A stretch of 64,000 nucleotides of DNA, from assembly GCA_963827235.1 (NCBI GenBank), contig CAWHAE010000020.1:1-64000 (forward strand). Reading direction: 5' to 3'. Of the stretch, positions 20,147 through 29,487 are shown piece after piece. The stretch comes from an uncultured bacterium. Its GTDB lineage: Bacteria; Chloroflexota; UBA5177; JANWHV01. Every line of letters starts with the position of its first letter. Within the stretch, counting starts at the first letter, position 1. The position numbers and the translations under genes are program-made. Under the pieces are notes generated by a model, which saw only the letters and a list, made by a program, of their open reading frames with translations, ran no database searches and was not told the origin of the DNA.

Positions 20147-21547
20147 ATGAGCTCATCGATCACAGACCTGACCGTTCGCGAGGCAGCAACGCTGCTGGCG
20201 AAGCGGTCCATCTCTGCCATGGAGCTCGTCGAGTCGACGCTTGCCCGTATCTTGGAGACCGAGCCCCTGGTACATGCCTACGCCCTGGTGCTGTCCGACC
20301 AGGCTCGCCGGCGAGCGAGTGAGCTCGACCGCGAGCTCGCGGAAGGACGGTGCCGGGGTCCGCTGCACGGTATCCCAATCGGCATCAAGGACCTCTACTA
20401 CACGAAGGGTATTCCTACTGAGGCCGGCTCTCGGGCCATGGCAGGCTTCGTGCCGGACTTCGACGCTACGGTGGTGGAGCTACTGCGCCATGCCGGGGCC
20501 ATATTGGTAGGAAAGACCGTGACGCACGAGTTTGCGTACGGCGTCAACGTGCCTCCGACCCGCAGCCCGTGGCTGGCCGATGGCTATCCGGGCGGATCGA
20601 GTGCCGGCTCCGGCGCCGCGGTGGCGGCGCGCTCCGCGTTCGCCGCCATGGGCACGGACACCGGTGGTTCGATTCGCGAGCCGGCAAGTCTCAATGGTGT
20701 GGTAGGTCTGAAGCCTACGTTCGGCCTGGTCAGCCGGGCGGGCATCGTGCCGGTGAGCTCGGCACTCGACCATGCCGGCCCGATCGCGCGGACGGTAGAG
20801 GATTGCGCGCTCATGCTGCAGGCCGTTGCCGGCTTCGACGCGCGGGATTCGGGAAGTATCGTCTCGCCGCCGGCCGACTACCTGGCGGATCTGGACGCCG
20901 GCGCGGCCGGCTTGACGATCGGCGTCGACCGCGCCTTCTTCCTGAGCAGCCGGGTAAACGAGGAAGTTCGCTTGGCCGTGGAACGCGCGATCGCCGAGCT
21001 GCAAGAACACGGTGCGACGGTCGTGGAGGTCGCCTTGCCCGAGCTGGAGCTGATGGAGACGGTGGGCGTCACGCTGCTGCTCTGCGATGCAAGCGCGTTT
21101 GCGGGGAACGTCCTGCGCGAGCACGGCGCCGAACTGGATCCTGCCACGCGCGTCATGTTCGAGCTCGGCGAGCTCTTGCCTGCTACCCACTACGTCACGG
21201 CGCAGCGAGCGCGCTCGGTGCTGTGCCGTGCCACCAGGGATCTGTTCCGCAAGCACCACCTGGACGCCCTCGTCTCGCCCTCAGTACCGACTACGACCTA
21301 CCCAATAGAGGCCGCACTTCTGCCGGATGAGAGCGGTGAAGATCCGATGAGCGCGGCCGTCAAGTACATGATCCCGGCCAATCTCACCGGCTTGCCCGCC
21401 GTGACGGTGCCCTGCGGCTTCTCCTCGGCAGGTCTGCCAGTCGGGCTTCAATTCATGGGGCGCCCGTTCGCCGAGGCGACCGTGCTGCGCCTGGCACGCG
21501 CCTACGAGCGCAACCATGTGTGGGCGACCGTGAAGCCTGAGCTGTGA
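20147..21547 (+). CDS. Amidase signature family enzyme (GatA/AtzE-like)
   Basis: GPLHGIPIGIKDL, PGGSSAGSG, GTDTGGSIREPA, GLPVGLQ. Confidence 0.95.
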   Translation: MSSSITDLTVREAATLLAKRSISAMELVESTLARILETEPLVHAYALVLSDQARRRASELDRELAEGRCRGPLHGIPIGIKDLYYTKGIPTEAGSRAMAGFVPDFDATVVELLRHAGAILVGKTVTHEFAYGVNVPPTRSPWLADGYPGGSSAGSGAAVAARSAFAAMGTDTGGSIREPASLNGVVGLKPTFGLVSRAGIVPVSSALDHAGPIARTVEDCALMLQAVAGFDARDSGSIVSPPADYLADLDAGAAGLTIGVDRAFFLSSRVNEEVRLAVERAIAELQEHGATVVEVALPELELMETVGVTLLLCDASAFAGNVLREHGAELDPATRVMFELGELLPATHYVTAQRARSVLCRATRDLFRKHHLDALVSPSVPTTTYPIEAALLPDESGEDPMSAAVKYMIPANLTGLPAVTVPCGFSSAGLPVGLQFMGRPFAEATVLRLARAYERNHVWATVKPEL

Positions 21548-21563
21548 GCCGGCCGCCGGCTGG

Positions 21564-22598
21564 CTAGACGCGAACCATGACTTTCAAGGCGCGGCGAGCA
21601 TCCATTGCTGCGTAGCCTGCGGGAACGCTATCCAGGTCGACGGTCATGTCAAGTACCGGCGAGGGATCGAGCGTGCCGGCCAGGACGTCGGGCATCAGAT
21701 CCGGCACATAGGCACGCACGGGGGCCAGCCCGCCGTGCAGTCTGACGTTATCCAGAAACATGCGCCTGATATTCACGACGTCAGTACCGTGCGGCTGGCC
21801 GACGAACCCAATGGTGCCGCCGGTTCGCGCAATCCCGAAGGCAATATCCATCGCCTGCTTGTTGCCAACGCACTCCAGGACGTGCGGCGCCCCGCCTTTA
21901 GTCATCTCCTTAACCTGGGCAACCACGTGCTCGTCCGTGCCTGTTACTGTATCCGTGGCTCCAAATCGCCGGGCAAGGGCTAGTCGATCGGCATGGTGCC
22001 CGATCGCGATAATGCGGTCGGCGCCCAATCGACGTGCGGCCAGAACACCGCACAGGCCCACGGCGCCGTCGCCGACCACTGCTGCCACGCCACCTCGCCG
22101 CACTCCGGCCGTTAGCGCGGCGTGATGGCCCGTTGCCATCACATCGGTGAGCAGAAGCATATTGGGAAGAAGGTTCCCTTCCTCCACGATATCGGGCGGC
22201 AAGCGGACCAACGTGCCGTCCGCCAGCGGCGAGCGGATGGCCTCGGCCTGCCCGCCTAGCATGCGAGCACCCCAGCTGCCACCGTGCAGGCAGGAACCGT
22301 GGAGTCCCTTCTGGCAATATTCGCACGTACCGTCTGAGTACGAGAAAGGTGCCAGGACGCGATCGCCGCGCCGGACACTGCGGACCTCGGAACCCACTTC
22401 CTCGACCACGCCGAGCCACTCATGACCGATCCGCCAACCCGGCTGCCAGGGATTGAGTCCGCGGTACGGCCAGAGATCGGAACCACAGATCGCGGCATGC
22501 GTGATGCGGACAAGAGCGTCCGTAGGTGTCTCGATACCGGGATCCGGCACCTGCTCAACCCTCACGTCACCTGCCCCATAGTAGACGGTAGCGCGCAT
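21564..22598 (-). CDS. Zinc-dependent alcohol dehydrogenase family protein
   Basis: ICGSDL, GHE, GDGAVG, ALKVMV. Confidence 0.92.
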   Translation of the reverse strand: MRATVYYGAGDVRVEQVPDPGIETPTDALVRITHAAICGSDLWPYRGLNPWQPGWRIGHEWLGVVEEVGSEVRSVRRGDRVLAPFSYSDGTCEYCQKGLHGSCLHGGSWGARMLGGQAEAIRSPLADGTLVRLPPDIVEEGNLLPNMLLLTDVMATGHHAALTAGVRRGGVAAVVGDGAVGLCGVLAARRLGADRIIAIGHHADRLALARRFGATDTVTGTDEHVVAQVKEMTKGGAPHVLECVGNKQAMDIAFGIARTGGTIGFVGQPHGTDVVNIRRMFLDNVRLHGGLAPVRAYVPDLMPDVLAGTLDPSPVLDMTVDLDSVPAGYAAMDARRALKVMVRV

Positions 22599-22699
22599 TG
22601 CCTTTATCCAATCGCTTCTGTTCATGAGGAAAACAGCCGGCCACGAAGGCAACATACCGGTTTTGCAGACGGTTCAGCAAAGCCGGTCGGGGACAGGGC

Positions 22700-22740
22700 T
22701 TGACGACACGGCCCAACTACTGTTATAAAACGCCATAACA
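22700..22740 (+). promoter_or_regulatory. Promoter overlapped by a TGTTAT-N8-ATAACA operator
   Basis: TTGACG 22700-22705, 18 bp, TATAAA with extended TG. Palindrome at 22721-22740, with a second copy at 26462-26481. Confidence 0.75.
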
Positions 22741-23063
22741 TCATCAAGCAGTTCGGACCGGACTGGAGTCTGCGGACCTGGCAGACCCGGTGGAACTAGC
22801 CTTGGCGAGCGCGTTGCTCGCCGCCGCTGTCGATCGCGTTGGCAATGCTGCCCGCGATCCCGCTTCCCGCATAATGCATGCATTGGCGCCGACCAGCGTA
22901 GGCCGGCCGCTCCCCACGACCTACCTCTTGGCATCGCCGATCAATGCGTGAAGGAGGTGTGAGCAGAAGGCAAAGGGACTTCAATGAAGTGCCCGTAGTG
23001 GCCCATCGGCCACGCTCACGAGGCCAGTCTTGAAAGATGTGTTCACAGCAGAAAGGCGCAATC

Positions 23064-24632
23064 ATGGCCGTACGTCGTCACGTTCCACTGCTACGCAGAC
23101 TTGCCGCGGCAACGGTCCTCTGTGTGGTCGGCTTTGGCGGAGATACCGCGGCCGCCGGCGTTCGCGCGGCCGACTCCGGCCCTACGGCCGGCAATACGCT
23201 GAGCATTGGCTGGCCGTTCGAGGCTACCGGTCTCGATCCGGCCGGCTATGATAACAATCCAGAGATCTGGACCCTCGTCAACGTCTACGATCAACTGCTC
23301 CGTGTGGCGCCCGACGGCAAGACACTGCAGCCCGACCTGGCCACGAGCTGGGATATCAGCAAGAACGGCACCATGTACACCCTCCATTTGCGGCCAAACG
23401 TGGTGTTCCACAACGGCGCGAAGCTCACGGCCCAGGATGTGAAGTTTGACCTGGATCGCGCCAGAGACCCCAAGGCACAGTGGAGCTGGACACTTGCGGC
23501 GATCAAGAGCGTCGCGGCCCCCAATCCCTCGACCGTTGTGATCACGCTCAGCCACCCCTGGGCGCCGTTGCTGTCGGACCTCTCACTGTTCGACACGGCC
23601 ATCTACCCGGAGGCCTACTTCAAGCAGGTGGGAGCCAAGGGCCTGGCAACGCACCCGATCGGCACCGGACCGTACATGCTCGAGAAATGGGCTCGTGGCC
23701 AGTACATCCTGTTCAAGAAGAATCCCAGCTACTTCAACGCCGCGGCGTTTCCCATGCAGTACGTGAAGTACGAGCTGATACCCAACGACAACACACGACT
23801 GCTCGAAGTGCAAACCGGCGAGCTGGATGTGGATAACTTGCTGCCTTACAACCTGATCGCCCAGGTGCAGAACAACTCAGCAGTACAGGTGCAGATCAAT
23901 GCTTCCACGGAGATTACGTACCTGACCATCAATACGCAGGTGAAGCCGCTGAACGACGCGAAAGTGCGCCTGGCCATCAGCCATGCCATCAATCGAGCGG
24001 CAATCGTCAAGGCCGTGCTCTATGGACATGGCACGCCGGCTAATTCCTTCATGCCCGCGGGTGCGATCGACTGGGATCCCGCAATCCCTGTTCCCAGCTA
24101 CGACATGAGTCTGGCCAAGAAGCTGCTGTCTGAATCATCCGCGCCTCACGGCTTCTCGATGACCATCGAGGTTCCCAGCGGAAACTCAGTCTTCAACGAG
24201 GTGGCCCAGATCGTTCAGAGCGAGGTCGCGCCGCTCGGCATCACCGTGCACATCGCCCAGGTGGAGCAGAATGCCTTGGATCAGCTCCGGAATACCGGCA
24301 AGTTTCACTCCGACATCGATATCTGGACCAACGACATCCCGGATCCTGACGAGATAGTCTCTTACGCGGTGGATTACTCCAGCGGCGGCTACTCGTTCTA
24401 CACGTGGTACAACAACCCTCAGCTGGCAGCTCTCTCGCATCAGGCCGAGCAAACGAGCGACAACGCAACGCGCCAGAAGCTCTACTACCAGATCCAGGAG
24501 ATCTGGGCGGCCAACCAACCAATGCTCGCGCTGTTCTACAACCCATTCGTGAACGCCGTGAACAAGAGTGTCCATGGCTTCAGCGAGAATCCACTCGGCT
24601 ACTTCAACCTGCAGGGCGTAACGAAGTCATAG
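23064..24632 (+). CDS. Peptide/nickel ABC substrate-binding protein (family 5), copy 1
   Basis: LDPA, LATSW, FHNG..LTAQDVKF, PIGTGPY, VRLAISHAINR. Confidence 0.94.
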   Translation: MAVRRHVPLLRRLAAATVLCVVGFGGDTAAAGVRAADSGPTAGNTLSIGWPFEATGLDPAGYDNNPEIWTLVNVYDQLLRVAPDGKTLQPDLATSWDISKNGTMYTLHLRPNVVFHNGAKLTAQDVKFDLDRARDPKAQWSWTLAAIKSVAAPNPSTVVITLSHPWAPLLSDLSLFDTAIYPEAYFKQVGAKGLATHPIGTGPYMLEKWARGQYILFKKNPSYFNAAAFPMQYVKYELIPNDNTRLLEVQTGELDVDNLLPYNLIAQVQNNSAVQVQINASTEITYLTINTQVKPLNDAKVRLAISHAINRAAIVKAVLYGHGTPANSFMPAGAIDWDPAIPVPSYDMSLAKKLLSESSAPHGFSMTIEVPSGNSVFNEVAQIVQSEVAPLGITVHIAQVEQNALDQLRNTGKFHSDIDIWTNDIPDPDEIVSYAVDYSSGGYSFYTWYNNPQLAALSHQAEQTSDNATRQKLYYQIQEIWAANQPMLALFYNPFVNAVNKSVHGFSENPLGYFNLQGVTKS

Positions 24633-24770
24633 TGGTGTGGACGACGAGTGAGTCGAGAGGGAGGTGTCGCCAGGAAGAACGAAGATTGAGTACGCGCGAT
24701 AGTCTCGACGCGGCATAAGGCCGCGCTGTGCCGGTGTGGCGAGCAACGTTTACCGTGGAGAGGTGCTGTA

Positions 24771-26342
24771 ATGACGAAGAAACGTGGCATGGCATTTCCC
24801 CGATGGCTCGGTGCCGTTGGACTGTTGTGCACTCTGGGTTTTGGCGGGATCACTCCTGCCGCCGGACGGGTGCACGCGGCGAATGCCGGTCCAACCTCGA
24901 GCAACACCCTGACCATCGGCTGGGCATATGAGGCGACCACGCTCGATCCGGCGGGTTATACCAATAATCCGGAGATCTGGAGTCTCGTCAACGTCTTCGA
25001 CCAGCTTCTTCGAGTGGCCCCAGACGGCAAGTCGCTTCTGCCCGACCTGGCGACGAGTTGGGATGTCACTAGTGCCGGCACCGTGTACACCTTTCATCTG
25101 CGCCCTAACGTAACCTTCCAGAACGGCACGAAGCTCACGGCTGCCGACGTGAAGTTCTGCCTCGACCGCGCTCGCAATCCCAAGCAGGATTGGAGCTGGA
25201 CACTTGCTGCCATCAAGAGCATTGCAGCGCCCGATCCCGCGACCGTCGTGGTTACTCTGACCCACGCTTGGTCGCCGCTCCTGTCAGACCTGGCTCTGTT
25301 CGATTCCGGCATCTATCCGGAGGCCTACTTCAATAAGGTCGGCGCCAGCTATATGGGTCAGCATCCAATCGGCACCGGGCCGTACATGATGGATCAGTGG
25401 AAACGCGGTCAGTATTTGCTGTTCAAGAAGAACGCAAACTACTTCAATGCCGCGCAATATCCTATGCAGTACGTGAAGTACGAGCTGATTCCGAACGACA
25501 ATACTCGCTTGCTCGAGGTGGAGACGGGCGCGCTCGACGTCGACAACGTTCTGCCTTACAACCTGGTCGCTCAGGTCCAGAGCAACCCGTCGGCCGCAGT
25601 GCAGATGGATCCCTCGACTGAGACGAATTACATCATCTTCAACAACGCTATCAAGCCGTTCAACGATCCGAAGGTGCGACAAGCTCTGAGCCACTCCATT
25701 AACCGCGCGGCGATGGTTAAGGCCATACTCTACGGCCATGGCTCGGTCGCCAACTCGTTCCTGCCGGCCGGTGCCATCGACTACGATCCCAATATCGCGG
25801 CGCCTACCTACGATCCCGCTCTCGCCAAGAAGCTGCTCTCTCAGTCGTCGGTTCCGCACGGCTTCTCCATGACCATGGAGGTTGCCAGTGGCAATGCCGT
25901 CTGGAACGAAGAGGCGCAGATCTTCCAGAGCGAGGTCGCCCCAATGGGGATCACCGTGCATTTGGTCGAGCTCGATCCGAATACCCTCGATCAAGTGCGC
26001 AACACCGGCAAGTACCATTCTACCGAGAGTCTGTGGACTAACGACATCCCTGATCCGGATGAGATAGTCTCCTTCGCCGTGGACCCCACCACCGGCGGCC
26101 ACTCGTTCTACACCTGGTACGACAATCCGCAGCTGGCCAGCTTGTCTCACCAGGCAGAGCAGACCAGCGATAGTGCGACGCGCCAGAAGCTCTACTTCCA
26201 GATCCAGCAGATTTGGGCCCAGGATCAACCGTTCGTCGCGTTGTACTACAACCCGTTCGTGAACGCCGTGAACAAGAGCGTGCATGGCTTCAGCGAGAAT
26301 CCACTCGGCTACTTCAATCTGCAGGGGGTCACGAAGTCCTAG
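24771..26342 (+). CDS. Peptide/nickel ABC substrate-binding protein (family 5), copy 2 (tandem paralog)
   Basis: Collinear with copy 1; identical C-terminus YNPFVNAVNKSVHGFSENPLGYFNLQGVTKS. Confidence 0.94.
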   Translation: MTKKRGMAFPRWLGAVGLLCTLGFGGITPAAGRVHAANAGPTSSNTLTIGWAYEATTLDPAGYTNNPEIWSLVNVFDQLLRVAPDGKSLLPDLATSWDVTSAGTVYTFHLRPNVTFQNGTKLTAADVKFCLDRARNPKQDWSWTLAAIKSIAAPDPATVVVTLTHAWSPLLSDLALFDSGIYPEAYFNKVGASYMGQHPIGTGPYMMDQWKRGQYLLFKKNANYFNAAQYPMQYVKYELIPNDNTRLLEVETGALDVDNVLPYNLVAQVQSNPSAAVQMDPSTETNYIIFNNAIKPFNDPKVRQALSHSINRAAMVKAILYGHGSVANSFLPAGAIDYDPNIAAPTYDPALAKKLLSQSSVPHGFSMTMEVASGNAVWNEEAQIFQSEVAPMGITVHLVELDPNTLDQVRNTGKYHSTESLWTNDIPDPDEIVSFAVDPTTGGHSFYTWYDNPQLASLSHQAEQTSDSATRQKLYFQIQQIWAQDQPFVALYYNPFVNAVNKSVHGFSENPLGYFNLQGVTKS

Positions 26343-26440
26343 TGCGTCACCAAGCCGCGTGACCCCGCGCAGTCGCCGGCAGCCGGGTCGTGCAGGAATT
26401 CGTCGGGAGATCGATGTGTCGTGCCTCAGAGCGAGACATC

Positions 26441-26481
26441 TTGACACATCGATCCTCCCGGTGTTATAAAGGCACATAACA
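26441..26481 (+). promoter_or_regulatory. Promoter of gntR-dppBCDF with a TGTTAT-N8-ATAACA operator
   Basis: TTGACA 26441-26446, 18 bp, TATAAA 26465-26470; palindrome 26462-26481. Confidence 0.78.
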
Positions 26482-26591
26482 GCACCCGACGCCGTGGTCC
26501 CTCTGCTGTAATCACAGTGCATAGCAACCCGGACGCCGCTGTCCCCCCGCTGAGATGCACGAGCACACCAGTAACGAGCAGGATGTGCGCC

Positions 26592-27632
26592 ATGGCACTT
26601 CGCATCTTTCTCGACCGCAACATGCCCGTGTCCATCAGCGCCCAACTCGCCGGCCAGATCGAGTACGGGATTGTCTGCGGCGCTCTCAAGCCTGGGGAGC
26701 AGCTGCCGTCGGTACGCGAGCTGTCTGTGTCCGAGGGCATTGCGCATGTCACAGCCAGTCATGTCTACCGGGCACTGAAACGAGAAGGTCTGATTACAGT
26801 TCGGCCTGGCATGGGCACGTACGTGGCGGAAATCGGCGATCGTGGACGTGCCGGACGGCACTTAGGAGAGTTGCAGCGACTTGTCGACAGAATGGTCGAG
26901 CAAGCATTGTCGCGGGCCTTCACACCATCCGAGATCAGCAGCATGGTGACGGCCCGCCTGGCCGGCGGCCGGCGTCGCCCAGTCGTCGCCTTGGTAGGCA
27001 TGTTTGGTCATGCCACGGAGCTCTACGCCCGCGAGCTGCGCAACATGCTTGGCGAGAGTGAGCTGAGCGTCGCTTGCTACACTATGGAGCACCTACGTGC
27101 CCGGGGCAGTGACGAGCCCGCGCGCGTGTGCGAAGCCGATCTCATTCTCACCCTCGCTCACAAGGTGAAAGAGGTGCAGTCGATGCTACCGCATCGGCAT
27201 CCTCCCTTGCGCGGGCTGACGTTCGTCGTGCATCGCGAGACGATCAGCCGGCTGAAGGCGCTGGCAGGCGAGATACAGCTCGGCTTGATCAGCACGTTCG
27301 CCGAGTTCCTGCCTACGATGCTGCAGGGTGTGACGGCATACGTGGGATGCACAAAGCCGCCGATCTGCGCCGTGCTCTCTGATGTCGAGCGGGTCAACAC
27401 CGTACTGGCGTCGGCCGACGCCGTTGTCTACGCGAGTGGCAGTGAGGCAATTGTCTCCCACGTGCCACGAGGCATACCCTTGATCGAGTACCTCCACATG
27501 CCCGAGCAATCCGCGGTGGACGCGTTGCGCCCGCTGCTTGAGCGGCTGTCAATCACTTCGGCCTACACGGCGAAGGTTCCTGGTCCGATGCAGACTGCCG
27601 ATTCCGGCTCGGGGAAAGAGGAGCTGGCATGA
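26592..27632 (+). CDS. GntR family regulator with long C-terminal domain (PlmA-like architecture)
   Basis: PVSISAQL..QI..GI..G.LKPGEQLPSVREL...VYRALKREGLI...PGMGTYV wHTH, a helical linker and two alpha/beta domains. Confidence 0.85.
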   Translation: MALRIFLDRNMPVSISAQLAGQIEYGIVCGALKPGEQLPSVRELSVSEGIAHVTASHVYRALKREGLITVRPGMGTYVAEIGDRGRAGRHLGELQRLVDRMVEQALSRAFTPSEISSMVTARLAGGRRRPVVALVGMFGHATELYARELRNMLGESELSVACYTMEHLRARGSDEPARVCEADLILTLAHKVKEVQSMLPHRHPPLRGLTFVVHRETISRLKALAGEIQLGLISTFAEFLPTMLQGVTAYVGCTKPPICAVLSDVERVNTVLASADAVVYASGSEAIVSHVPRGIPLIEYLHMPEQSAVDALRPLLERLSITSAYTAKVPGPMQTADSGSGKEELA

Positions 27633-28570
27633 GCAGATTCGGCTTCGTCGGTCGCCGGCTGGTGCAAATGGTGCCGGTGGTGATCGGTATTACGATCATC
27701 ACGTTTTTCTTGATTCGCCTCATTCCCGGGGACCCGGTGACGGCGATGCTCGGTAACCACTATACACCTGAGCTCGCGAAGCGCATGCGTGAGTCGTTGG
27801 GCCTGGATAAGTCGATCTGGCAGCAGTACTTTATCTTCGCCGGGAATCTCCTGCACGGCGATCTGGGGAACTCGATCTACTATCAGACATCGGTGCTCAG
27901 CCTGATCGAAGACCGGCTCGAGCCTACGGTCTGGCTTGTCATTTACGCCGCTTTGCTGGCGCTGCTGATCACCCTGCCGCTCGCCATCGCCGCGGCGCTC
28001 TACCGTGACGGCATCGTCGATCAAGTCATACGCGGCAGCTTCATCGTGACGCTCGCCATGCCGTCGTTCTGGGTCGGCATCATTCTCCAGCTTATCTTCA
28101 GCGTGCACTTCCATCTGTTTCCCGTCAGTGGCTTTGGCGACAATTTCTCCGACCGTGTCTACCATCTGTTTCTACCGGCACTGACCATCGCCCTTGGGTT
28201 CTCTGCCGTGCTGATTCGCTCGCTGCGGAACAGCATTCTGTCGGTGATGACCGCGGACTACGTCGATACCGCGCGTGCCAAGGGTCTGGCTGGACGGCGC
28301 ATCATGATCCGCCACATCCTGCGCAATGCCTTGCTGCCAACGGTCACAATATTCGGCATCAACATTGCCTTTCTCATGGGAAGTACCGTAATCATCGAGG
28401 ACATATTCGCGGTGGGGGGCATCGGGAACCTGCTCATCTCGGCCATTCTGCAACGTGACTATGCCGTGGTTCAGGGTGTCGTCCTGCTTATAGCCACATT
28501 CGTCGTGGTGATCAATCTGCTGACTGACATGGCGTACGCGCTGCTGGATCCGCGAGTGAGCCTGGCGTAG
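27629..28570 (+). CDS. Peptide ABC permease (DppB/OppB-like)
   Basis: PGDP, GDLGNS, YVDTARAKGL, RNALLP, LLDPRV. Confidence 0.95.
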   Translation: MSRFGFVGRRLVQMVPVVIGITIITFFLIRLIPGDPVTAMLGNHYTPELAKRMRESLGLDKSIWQQYFIFAGNLLHGDLGNSIYYQTSVLSLIEDRLEPTVWLVIYAALLALLITLPLAIAAALYRDGIVDQVIRGSFIVTLAMPSFWVGIILQLIFSVHFHLFPVSGFGDNFSDRVYHLFLPALTIALGFSAVLIRSLRNSILSVMTADYVDTARAKGLAGRRIMIRHILRNALLPTVTIFGINIAFLMGSTVIIEDIFAVGGIGNLLISAILQRDYAVVQGVVLLIATFVVVINLLTDMAYALLDPRVSLA

Positions 28571-29469
28571 TGCGGGAGGTGCCCATGGTTGTCGACGCTA
28601 CCAACTCCGGGGCGATGCTTGCTTTGCGCCTCGAGAAGAAGGCAGGGCGCAAACGCCGGCGGGTACGAAACTGGCCGCTGCTCGCGGGTATGGTGCTGCT
28701 TGCTCTCATCGCGGCGGCCTGTCTGGGAGCGCCGTTGCTCACACAGTATGACCCAGTCGCTCAAGACATCCTGAACCAGGGCGCCCAGCCATTCTCCGCC
28801 GGGCACCTGCTGGGGACGGATGCGCCGTACGGCCGTGACATCCTGAGCAGGCTTCTCTACGGCGGCCGCGTCGACCTGCTCATTGGCTTTGGCGGGACCG
28901 GCGTGACCATCATCGTGGGCACGACGATTGGCCTGATCTCGGGATATTTCGGTGGGAAGCTGGACGCCGTGCTGATGCGGATCGTGGACGTGTTCTTCGC
29001 CTTCCCTTTCTTCGTGTTGGTGCTGGCGATCGTAGCGGCGCTGGGCGCCGGCTTACTCAACCTGTTCATCGCCATATGGGCAGTGGGCTGGGTATCGTAC
29101 GCCCGGATCATTCGCGGCGAGACGTTGGTCGCCAAGCAACAGGAGTACGTGTTGGCCGCGCGCGCGCTTGGCTTTGGCAATGTGCGTATCATGCTCCGAC
29201 ACATCCTGCCGAATGTGTTCTCGGCAGCCCTGATCTTCGCCATGGCCGACGCCGTGGGCAATATTCTGCTCGGCGCTGCACTCGGCTACCTTGGTTTGGG
29301 CGTGCCCGAGCCGAGCCCCGAATGGGGCACCATGATCGCCGACGGACAGAACTATATGGTCACGGCTTGGTGGGTGCCGACCATCCCCGGGCTGGCCATA
29401 GTCGCGGTAGGTGTGTCGCTCAGTCTGCTGGGCGATGGCCTGGCCGACGTTCTGCGGCCCAGTCGATGA
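28570..29469 (+). CDS. Peptide ABC permease (DppC/OppC-like)
   Basis: HLLGTD..GRDILSR, EYVLAARALG, HILPN, PEWG, GDGL. Confidence 0.95.
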   Translation: MREVPMVVDATNSGAMLALRLEKKAGRKRRRVRNWPLLAGMVLLALIAAACLGAPLLTQYDPVAQDILNQGAQPFSAGHLLGTDAPYGRDILSRLLYGGRVDLLIGFGGTGVTIIVGTTIGLISGYFGGKLDAVLMRIVDVFFAFPFFVLVLAIVAALGAGLLNLFIAIWAVGWVSYARIIRGETLVAKQQEYVLAARALGFGNVRIMLRHILPNVFSAALIFAMADAVGNILLGAALGYLGLGVPEPSPEWGTMIADGQNYMVTAWWVPTIPGLAIVAVGVSLSLLGDGLADVLRPSR

Positions 29470-29487
29470 AAGCGTGAGGATGCCACC

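Noticed and set aside
20147-21547. Calling the amidase gatA and 18828..19859 panE
   Set aside because: No gatB or pan context; only family-level support.
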